Position numbers and translations under genes: made by a program. A model generated the notes under the pieces. It was not told the DNA's origin. It did no database searches and saw only the letters and a program-made list of their open reading frames with translations. 64,000 bases of DNA, from the NCBI GenBank assembly GCA_002633005.1, contig NMRA01000364.1, positions 305,075 through 369,074 on the forward strand, given 5' to 3'. This document shows positions 54,001-64,000 of this stretch, piece by piece; positions within the stretch are counted from its first letter, which is position 1, and each line of letters starts with the position of its first letter. The stretch is from Phoronis australis. Lineage: Eukaryota > Animalia > Phoronida.

Positions 54001-56337
54001 GCACTTAACCAGTCACAGCCACCCCCAACGCCATTCAATTACTATACGAAGCAATTTCATTACGAAACTGTCACATTTACAAAGTTGAAACCGTGGAAGA
54101 AGACGAAACATCGCTGACAGAGAGTTAGGAACAGGACGTGCTAATGAAGCCGCAAAGCATTGGTCATGAGTTCTTAGTTTCCTGAGTGAGAAGGACTTCT
54201 GACACTTACCTACAAGGAGTTATGTAACCAGCCAAGACTAACTTAAATAAACTGTTGAAAATAGCCATCTTGCATGGCAGGCACAGGAAACAGGCTGACC
54301 TTAAACCACTGGTCAGATGAACAGTTCATCAGATGGATGTGGAATGCCAGTGTGGTTGGAATGAGTGGATGCTTAAGAAAACAAATCTCACAAAGAGAGC
54401 TGTGTCCATTTCTCCCAGAGAGGAGACCTATTACAACGATCTCCACTCATTTCATACAGAGTTAACTTCCATCATTGTCATTTTTCGATTTTCTAAATGC
54501 GTGAACATATATACCATAGCTTAGTGCTAAACAATGGAAGCATTTGAAAACATTGCTTTGTGGCATCTACATAGCAAAAACCAAACCAACCACACATCTT
54601 TGTTCTTAAAATTTAACGTTTGAAATATTATCTTCCTACAGTGTGCCAAACTGACGAAGAATAACTATACTGCACTTAACTTACTTATTGATTATACAAT
54701 TTCATAGTGGGGCGGAAACACGGATTGCCATTTTGTCAAATTTCTCAACAGAAATGAATATCAAGAGAAACTTACTTCAGGCTTAACCTCAGATTTTTTT
54801 ACTGTAATTTGTAAAACAACTCCTGGAATTTTTATCAGTAATTTAAACTAGAAAGACTAAAACTAATGTAGACCTTCGAAAAATGGAAATGTTAGTCAAA
54901 TATTTGTGATATATGACTGAAGAACAAGTGTAACTGCTAAACCATTGGGAGCTAAAACAAAGGAAAGCAATGTACAAAACGGACAATGGGTGCAATTTTT
55001 CAAGCATTAATAAACAATTAGCCAGATTCTGTGGTTAAGCGCGCTCACTGAAGTGAACTGCACAAATAACAAATAATTAATGGAGTAGCTCACAGGTAGA
55101 ATTCACTGCAATTCAATTTTCGCTTCGCATGGAAAATAACGAGCCTGGAACCCAGAAAAAAGCTTCTCAAACGATTTAGAAGACAAGCTGTTCATTCATC
55201 AGTGACAAGTTATCACTGCCCTAAATTACAATGAAGCAGACACTGTCCAACAATTCACACTAGCACATTATTCAGAAGCAAATCTAGACCACCCAGTTGG
55301 CAATTGATGTGCCACAGCTATGAAGCTGCAAAAACACAATGTGAATTTATGCCAGTTGCCAGCTCCAAATGTCACGAGATACAGCAGAAAGGATCTTGTT
55401 CCACCAGAACAAAATACAGTCACATCACCCCACCCTCAATGTAAATTTGCAGTCTTTTTTCAACAGACTTCACCAGAAACGAAAACACTACCACCTAGTG
55501 AATCTACCTCCCACCCGAAGCAGTTGCTTTCGGCATTAACTATTCCTGTTATGAATAGTTATTAATAAATAAAATGTTTGATACAAAATGCCCCGAGCAC
55601 ACACTCCCGTTGCATCAAATTTTCATGCAAATTGCAAACATTCAAAACATTTCTCAGGCCCTGCATTATCTATGAAGCAAAAATGCTAGGCCAAATGTTC
55701 TCGACACCATACCGTAACGGAGACTGCCATCACGGAATGATAAAATTGAATTTTTCAAACTGATAAAGTTTCGTTTCAGACTGTCACAACACTGGTCCAT
55801 GCCATGCAATAAGTGAAAATGCAATTTATTTGACAAATCAAAAGTCGCTACTTTACGCAGCAGCCAAGTAGATTTACCAGATCAATCCTGGATGCTAATT
55901 TCTTTGACCAGGTTAAAGACAGGAGTCTGTAGAGAAATGATATGGATGCAAATTGATGGTCAATTGATCAATTTAGTATGATTACAGGTAAAATAGATAA
56001 ACTGTGAGCTTTCTTACAACCTATGTAAAGCCAATTACCGCATTTGTCGATAAGTTGCAAATCTGCTTAATACATCTAAGACAAATGTTTCAAAGAACAA
56101 ATACAAAACATAACCAAGCAGAACTGCAAAGTTAACCTACTGCAACAAAAAAAGATTTAGTTGTTCACTCTCGTACGTATATTCAAGCGCCCATTAAAGA
56201 TTACAGACAGTGACATAAGCAGACTTAAAGAACTGAAATATGAATGGAATCAACATCGACAGAACTTAATTACTAATTTCCATCCAAGAACATAACCACA
56301 AGGCTACTTCACTGGACTGAAAGTCAAAAATACCTAC

Positions 56338-57248
56338 CCTGCATGGGCCTCTGGTTTGCGATAATCCGTACGGCACCGCGAACTCGCTGTTGCTTTCAGA
56401 AAGTCCTTGGTCAGAGGTAGAGTGACTTGCACATTTGAATTAGTCCTTGACTCTGTCAAATTGTCGGCAGTAAGTTCCGCATCTTCATGGAGCGTCGGCA
56501 ACGCCTGCGACAGCGGCCGGGCGCTGTTAGAACCTGAGGTACTGGCCGAGCTCTGAGGGCTCTCACCGCCAGTCTGAATGTATTGCACATAAAGATCGGA
56601 CTTGAGGAACATGGGAAAGTGCACAGTCTTCATCGAGCACTCGATCTCTTGTTGAGCATCGTCGAATATGTCCCTGTCCATACCAGACTTGTTTGTGATT
56701 TTGTTCAGGATTGCTTGCTTCACGTCGGCCTTCAGAGTGATACTCGGCTCACCTCGAATGTACTTTTTGTAAATTGCTTTGATTAGATTCAACGTCCTCT
56801 CATCCACTTTGTCCTGTGACTTTAGACCCTGACACGCAAAATAGAACTCCAAGATATGATCGCATTTTTCCTGCTTCAAGTATCGCTTGAACAGTTGTAC
56901 TCCATCGCCGTCAGCGAGTAAATTTGTTAAATCCTCTGCCCACTTTTTAAACGCTGGAGTGCTCGTTTCAGTAAACGGAGGCGAGTTGGACACGCTTCCC
57001 TCAATCCATCCTGACCGTGTCTCATCTTCACCATCGGAACAACCCTTCGCCGAAGGTGTGATGGATTCAGCGCGCCGGGCAACAAGCGGGGACGAGAGAC
57101 TCTTGCCGCTCTTGGAGGACTGCTGGCTGTGACGTGACCCACTACTCTTCGTTGAACAGAGTTCATTCTCTTCGCCTGGCACTGGCGGACGAGGGGCATT
57201 CTCAGTAAAGTTATTTCCCTCGAGAAATTTGGAAACATCGATGCTCAT
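56338..57248 (-). CDS. Axin: Axin first coding exon: tankyrase-binding motif (RPPVPGEE) and RGS/APC-binding domain
   Basis: GCCACCATG Kozak context; APRPPVPGEE; RGS domain WAEDLTNLL...FYFACQG...IYKKYI...FLKSDLY; LPTLHED; GG|gtaggt donor; acceptor gives exon start at 57268. Confidence 0.97.
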
Positions 57249-58913
57249 GGTGGCTTATATCATAGTTCCTTGAAAGAGAAAGAGCACATTGTTAGCACGG
57301 ATGGCACTTCATAATCAAAACAGTTTCATTTGCCTTGTTGACTAAAGGCAAACAAGATCTGAGGTCGATACATCAAGCCATGGATTACTTCACTTCCCAT
57401 GTAAATCTTTTGATCGCATTGAAGTCGACCGTCATAACCTAGAGGAGTAAGCAAATTGCTAATACGCAACAAGGTAATCCACTGATGCTCGAAACTAGAC
57501 TGTCAGAATAGCTACGATCATACCTGGACATTGGACAATATCAACAATTTCATTGATGTATGAAGAGACATTTCGGAAAGAAATATTTTTTTAGTATATT
57601 ATCAAGTTACAATAACGACGGTTTCGAAAGGTGCCCTTCTATGCTCAAAAAGGAACTCTGACTAGCAACGTGACTGGATCGTTTAGCAAGTTTGAGTGCA
57701 TAATTTGCCAAAAAGCTTTTGGCGCATAGAGCACCTACAATATGGCCACCATTCGTGAGCTAGTTTGGTTCGCACAAGTCTGTGAACAAGAATACAAGAA
57801 CATGAATAAATTAGCATATTTCAAAACTAAGCAGCAATCAGTGGTGCGGAGGATTATTGCTGCTCGGGCCACAAGATACCAGTGCCCCCCGCCCTTGGTT
57901 ACGCCATTGGTAGAATAACACAGTGGTGGCAGTATAACAAAGTGACTAGTGATTGAGTGTAGTTCTTGTTATTCCATTGTCTCCCCGTTCACAATCTTGA
58001 CTTTAGCACTCAGAGTAATCAGCTGATGAATGAAAAACCAGGAGCACCATAATAACTCAGCCTTCAAAACATACAGATGACCAACAGGCATTACATTTAA
58101 TTCTAATCAGCACATTAAAGATAAGTTCAACTCTATTCAACAACTTGTTTGTGCCAGTTTGCACCCACAACTAGATCAGCAAAGCCGATTCTTGTCCGCC
58201 ATCTTGGATTTCTGTTCCATTGGATATTTAGCCTAGAGTTCAGTTATACGATTTTACTGTTTATTGTTTTTTAAAGGTTGATAAACATTATTTGGAGATT
58301 CGTGCACCTACCACGGACAGAATAAATAATGAAAAATGGACCTATCGGTTTCCAATCTGACCTTCAAACAAACGCACACGGCGACTTCGGGACAAAGCTT
58401 TGTGACTGAGTTGCGAGTGTCAACTGCACTATAAACAGAACACGAGATACGTCATTTTATTCCGTATTTCCAACAAACAGAAATTTTCAAACGTTTAACA
58501 GCACGGAAATTATTGTGTTAGATGCGTAGTGGCCTTACAAGCAAGACTCTGTCAACGCGAGTTTTAAAGAAATTGAATCAAAACCTAGCTCAACCTTGCT
58601 ATGTAAAACAATCGAGTCTTTGTTTGCAGTGACACACTTCCACAAAATTAAATCGTGTAACCTGATAATACTCGCGAGATTCATTGATAATACGTGCAAT
58701 CCGTTAAACCCACTACCTAACTTTTCACATGCAACAAATGAACAACAGTCTCGGTGAACGACACTCGACATTGTTAGGAGCCCCGAAAGCCGATACGTTT
58801 TCTATAAATTCCCGATGTGAACCCCCAAAACTCAATAGTGAAAACTTGCCAAAGTACAGGAAACACGCGAAAACTTCACGTCCCGAAAAATGATAAGGTT
58901 AATCTTGACATAC

Positions 58914-59000
58914 CTGTTATTTCGTGAAGTCAGTTCCAAGGACCAAGTGAACACTCTAAATGAAAATGGCGATTTGGGTTCGAAAAGTTTGAATAAGCTA
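58914..59000 (-). other. Axin: Putative non-coding Axin exon 1 (5' UTR); 5' boundary approximate
   Basis: CAG|gtatgt donor at 58913; YY1-like CGCCATTTT (58963-58971); lies just downstream of the promoter motifs. Confidence 0.6.
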
Positions 59001-59080
59001 AACATCAAAGCACATGCCCGCCCGCCGACAAGCTTTACAGCGTGACGTCACCAGCCCTGTGAAAAGCCGCACCAATCACA
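59000..59080 (-). promoter_or_regulatory. Axin core/proximal promoter
   Basis: TCF site ACATCAAAG 59002-59010; GC box GCCCGCCCGCC 59016-59026; full CRE TGACGTCA 59043-59050; CCAAT box 59072-59076. Confidence 0.65.
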
Positions 59081-61059
59081 GGTCGGCAATAATAAACAGA
59101 ATGAGTTACATGATCATTGTATCAAAAGGTAACTTTGTCCTCACCGACCGAGACCACGCAATACTCCGGCCGATAAATCGAGAAAAGACGTCCTTTGAAC
59201 ACGCAAAAATACCGTCAAAGTCAATTTTCCAACAAGAGCTCAACTTAAGTATAGAAAAAGACGAACAATCATTAAAATTTGAAGAATGGGCCTCGCTGTA
59301 TCAACCTGCCCACCCCTTAAAATCCGACATTCCATTTTTATGACAACAACGTTGGGAGAGTTCGATCCCTTGAAGTTTTGCGACAAGGTTAAAAGGGAAT
59401 TAAGCTCAAAATTAGTTACATAACCAAACCTTTGTGTCGCATTCCGTTATTCACTATCGTTTGGCAGCATGCATAATGGCGCGAGGTGGGCAAAATTAGC
59501 TCAAAACCCCCATTATGTGGGCGAATTCTGCATCTCTTTATAGAGGATTATATGTCCCATTTGAATAACACCACAGTTCCGATACACTTTGAAGTTACGG
59601 TCATTGATTTTGTATGAGATTTACTTACTCATACAACATAATTAAGACGTACCAGAGTCAAGTTGCATTTTTCCCAAACACAATTTGTAAGAACGTTGTT
59701 TCTTTCTATATATCAGGTGTATCAATCTGCACACTACATATCACAAGTATGTAGATGTCTCTTGTATCTATCCTAGACTCGGAGACTCATCTACACTGTG
59801 TCAATGATATCTATGGTACATCTATATCAGATTTCGGATCTGCTAAAAATCACCACCTAAGGGCACTTAAATGGTCTAATAATTTAATTTAGTAATTTTA
59901 ATGCTTACACTAAGTAAACTTACCATATGTTGATTAAGCAGGGTACAGGACAGATAGCCCAACATAGAACTACTGTGTGAAATAGCTAGGTTTACCTGAA
60001 TGGTTGTAACTGCGCTAGAATAAACAATTTGATTTTCCGGACTCAAATGGTTCATTCTTATTTGGAGAACAGATATTAAGACACATATTTTTGTTCATGT
60101 ATGAAAGGACTGAATTGATTTTTTTGTTTAAAAATGAATTTGAAAATTAGAAAATCAAGATTTATTTTTTTCATTTTCTCTGAAAAATTGAAAATGGAAA
60201 ATTGGAAAACTGGGCCAGCTATTGATTTACTAAAAATGTGACCCAAATTGCATGCATAAATTGATAAACAAGTCAATTGAATTTCATTTTTCTATTCACT
60301 TACTAAATAGAGAATTCAGAAAATCAAATTTGCCTGTTAACCAACAGGTTGACCAATGGCCTCAATTCTTTATTTAGTGCAATGAGTGTATGACTGGACT
60401 CGTGGTGAGAAGCAATGTTTCCCTCTCATTGGTCGGCTAAGAAATTTGATTTTGATTGATATCCAAAAAGATTTGAGAGTGTTGTTTTATCGTCTCTTGT
60501 TCACAGATTGGTAATGTGCGGAACCTTCATTTTTCTTAGGCTCTGATCTCGAAGAGACAACGCAAAACAGAAGTAGTGTTTCAATTTTCATTTTGTATAC
60601 AAAAACAAAAATTCATCAATTGTCTCAATTTTCTAACTTTCGAAGGAATTGAAAAATAAAAAATGAACTTGAAAATTGGCCTGATTTTCAAAATTTTCAG
60701 TTTCCTTTTCTACTAAAAAATTGATTTGTTCCTTTAATGCACCTTAATAAATCGAAATTCTGGTGTTCATTTTATATAAAAATCAATGTACAATAGCGTC
60801 TGTGGGCATAGATGTAGGACCACAATCCCTGTTTAGCCAGTTTGGTGTTTCTGCAACAGAAGAATAAATAAGTGACCACATTTTCAGACCCCTCCTGGAT
60901 CCGCAGCTGGTAAAAAAATTATTCAAGTATCATTAAATTTCACAAATGTCGGACAAAATTTTCCTAAATCATGGACGTGTGTACCGAAACTGATATTTTT
61001 CATTGTTCGAATGTTACTGATATAAGTGTGAATTTCCCTTTTCCACCTTACAGTAATTT

Positions 61060-61314
61060 CATGCACGCACCCATGGGGGGCTCGGGGGGCTTGAACGAGC
61101 CCCACCCCCATTTGACGAACTGGGCAAAAAGGTCCACCCCGGAAACAAAAATTCCCAGAAAACGAGATAAAAGTCCATTAAAAAAGACGCAGACGAATGG
61201 TTCTGAAGGTGATACCTCGTTTTTTTTATTTAGTCCACCCGATGTTTTGTCAGCAAAAGGTCCACATCGACAGAAATTCGAGCCCCCCCATTTTCAAGGC
61301 TGGGTGCGCGCATG
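61060..61314. mobile_element. GC-rich MITE, same family as 18061-18304, opposite orientation
   Basis: CATGCACGCACCCA ... TGGGTGCGCGCATG; flanks AATTT/TATTT (4/5 match). Confidence 0.7.
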
Positions 61315-61962
61315 TATTTTCAAGAAGTTTTACCATGTAGACCTATGTGCAGGGCAGCTGTACTCGACTCAACCTTGGATGAGGGCATGTTGGTTAAGAT
61401 GTGAAAAGTGTATCCTATTGTAATTCTTGGAGACAATAACATTTTCTGTTTTTTTAACATTGTATTGTTCCCAATAAGACAAGTCTCATTGTTAGTCTTG
61501 GCAAAGTGTAGGCTAACCAAACTTAATTTTTGGTTAGATTTCTTTGTTCGAAATGTTACTCTTAGAAGACTCCTTTTCACACACAACAAATTACTGTGGC
61601 CTACGTTATTAGTAACGATGACAGATGTTGAGCTTCATGAATGAACGTGATAACGTAAAACTCGTTTTTCTAAACTTCACCTTCACGCTACCTAGTGACT
61701 AATTTGAAAACAACCAATTGCTCAAAAGGTGACGCTAAAACAGGAAGTAGCACAACAGATTTTCCAATGTCTTGGGTGAGTTGAGTTTTTGTCCCATTTT
61801 TGAAAATGTTCATCTTGTGTATGGTTACGAGAACTTTCAGGCCTAATTTTAATGCTGTGAATAACTCAAGAGATATCAGAGGGATGAGTTTTCACGCACT
61901 CTTTTGGTCAAAATTCATCGGGTTGATTGGCACAGTCACTGATCAACAACTGAACCAGGCAG

Positions 61963-62088
61963 GCACTGCCACTGGTCGGATATAGCGGTCCCAGATTTTG
62001 AGAACCAGGCAGTCACTGAATAACGTGCAGTTATTAAACTGGTTTTATAAATCAGGAACCGCTATATCCGACCATTGTCGACAGTGAC
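61963..62088. repeat. Palindromic (foldback) repeat
   Basis: GGTCGGATATAGCGGT...AACCAG pairs with CTGGTT...ACCGCTATATCCGACC; a related CTGGTTCTCAAAATCTGGGA occurs near 19170. Confidence 0.7.
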
Positions 62089-63275
62089 TAGGCAATTACA
62101 TTGCCCTGAATCTTGCCTGAATGCCGCAGGCATACAGGGGCGTAGGCAACACGTAGCAATCTAGCATCTTGGTTGGCCGGTTACTTAGGGGCTACAATAC
62201 ATTGCTTTGTGTACAAGTTTCGTCCCGTGTATTTTAAATGGGCGGTAGGTCAAATCCGGTCACCGATTAGGAGGTTTCTCCTCGTACAAAATACATTCCA
62301 CAGTTAAAACTATTGCTTAAAAAGGCGCTTACTTTCTTCAGTGGTCCTTTCTACTTCTACACATATCTTCGATGAAGCTTTGTTACGAGAATTAAGGTGA
62401 CGTAAGAATTCCAACTCCACTTTTTGGTCACCATTAACTTTTTCACCATTTGTGCGATAACCACAAAATATTTCAACTGAGTCACGCGAGTTAGGCAAAG
62501 GCTATAGCGAGACTGAGCGAAGCGTGTGACATGGCGCGTGACACTTGCAAAATAGCATGGGAAGATATCAGGTGAAATTTGTAAGATTTGTGTCCCTTGG
62601 ACTTTTTATTCGTCAACATGCGTTATTTTACGCAACTTTCTCAAAATGGCACCCCGTAAGAGAATCTTGAGCAAACCGCAACAGATTTTCATTGATTTGT
62701 TCAAATTATCTTGACTGAATTGTCCCCAGAGTTATGGTATGTGCTAATTATAGCTCCATGTGCGTACATGCATGTTTCATTTGATTTTTTTTCCTGTATT
62801 TTGAAATTCGTAACTTTTTGTAGGGATGTACTATCGCCCCTGTATGCCTGCATCCAGGGCGATGTAATTGCCTAACAGGGGCGATAGTACATTCCCATAA
62901 AAAGTTACTCATTTTAAAATACAGTAAATAAAATTGAACAAAACATGTGGCTTTGCATATATTTTTATAGAGCTATAATTAACACATACCGTGACTCTGG
63001 TTACAATTTAGTCTACATAACTTGAACATATCCATTAAAATCTGTCGCGGTTCGCTCGAGTTTCTCTCACCGGGAGCCATTTTGAGGCAGTTACGAGAAA
63101 TCACAAATGTTGAGGAACAGAAAGTCCAAGGGACACAAATCTAACAAATTTCACCTGATATCTTCCCATGCTATTTTGCAAGTGTCAAAATACACGGGAC
63201 GAAAATAGAACTACAGAAAGCGAGGGGAAGTATTGTAGCCCTTAACTGGCCAACAGAGGGGCTATGCGTTGCCTA
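62089..63275 (+). mobile_element. Non-autonomous DNA transposon (host copy), TAGGCAA...TTGCCTA termini, degenerate 9-bp TSD
   Basis: Flanks GACAGTGAC (62080-62088) and GGCAGTAAC (63276-63284), 7/9 match; interrupted by the nested copy. Confidence 0.72.
62143..62874 (-). mobile_element. Nested inverted copy of the same transposon family with perfect 9-bp TSD
   Basis: ACAGGGGCG at 62134-62142 and 62875-62883; TAGGCAA/TTGCCTA ends; body is the reverse complement of the host. Confidence 0.82.
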
Positions 63276-63409
63276 GGCAGTAACCACCGGCACCATCTCT
63301 AGCAACAGTCTAGTTCCCATTGGCGCTTCATACACTGGAAGCTTTTCGGCGAATTATGCCTCACACTGACTACAGCATCAGTCACATTGTTATAAATAAC
63401 TATGCGCAT

Positions 63410-63910
63410 AGAATGACACCTTAGGAGGCCGTTGGTGTCTGTAATTCCTTCCAACTCGAAAATTACGTCCGTCAAACTTTTTCTTCGAGCAGTACCTTGT
63501 TCAGTTCCCAAAATCGGTAACTGGCCATTTTTAACACTGCGTGTGGCAGGTGGTATGATGTCAAGTCCCTTGGCATGCGCAGTGACCATTGTCTCTAGCT
63601 GGCCCCAGTAGAGATGGCAAAGTTCCTATAGTAGCTTCATACGTCGTAAGCTTTTTGACAAATTATGACTGACACTGATTAAAACATCAAAGTAATGTTG
63701 ATATATGTACCTTTTACGCATAGAGGGGCACCTTAGGAGGCTGTCGATGTCTTTAATTACTTCAAACTCTAACAAATACTACCGTAATTCAACTGTTTCT
63801 TCAAGCAGTCAGTCGCTCAGTTGCCCAAATTTGCAACTGGCCATTTTTAACCCTGTGTGCACTCCTGGTGGGCGCGGTAAAAATAGAGGCGTGCGCAGTG
63901 TTCAACGTGG
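63410..63910. repeat. Diverged ~310-bp-period tandem duplication
   Basis: CACCTTAGGAGGC, AACTGGCCATTTTTAAC and GCGCAGTG each recur about 310 bp apart. Confidence 0.7.
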
Positions 63911-64000
63911 CTAGCTGTCAAAATGCTCATCACTACGTCTCTTTATCCTAACACACAATGCACGTTCTACTGAATGGAAATGGGGCATCTTAACCTCAGT

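Noticed and set aside
56583-57238. Alternative-frame and antisense ORFs over the first Axin coding exon
   Set aside because: Expected shadows of a GC-richer coding exon; no independent evidence
60075-60750. Large degenerate TTAA-flanked inverted-repeat element
   Set aside because: Arms are AT-rich and low-complexity; the pairing could not be established by eye

Overview
AT-rich animal (invertebrate bilaterian-like, possibly ambulacrarian; taxon not determinable) genomic DNA with two convergent spliced genes. On the + strand are the last five coding exons of the centrosomal coiled-coil gene CEP112/CCDC46 (402-5419). On the - strand is a complete Axin gene: a putative non-coding exon 1 and promoter near 59 kb, ten coding exons from 57248 to 28461 (2778 nt, 925 aa by hand assembly), and a 3' UTR to about 26850. 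Its protein has tankyrase-binding, RGS, GSK3-binding, beta-catenin-binding and DIX regions. Non-coding DNA holds tRNA-derived SINEs, several MITE families, a Helentron/HINE-like element, minisatellites and microsatellites. The most notable observations are: (1) a dense TCF/LEF plus Helper-site cluster in Axin intron 3; (2) a Helentron-like element carrying a co-oriented array of CTCF-like motifs between the two genes; (3) CEP112-Axin linkage as at human CEP112-AXIN2 but in a different orientation; (4) a 2-codon uORF ending 6 nt before the Axin ATG; (5) a same-family nested transposon with 9-bp TSDs; (6) an orphan CpG-rich promoter-like island downstream of Axin. All calls come from reading the sequence by eye; no searches were run.
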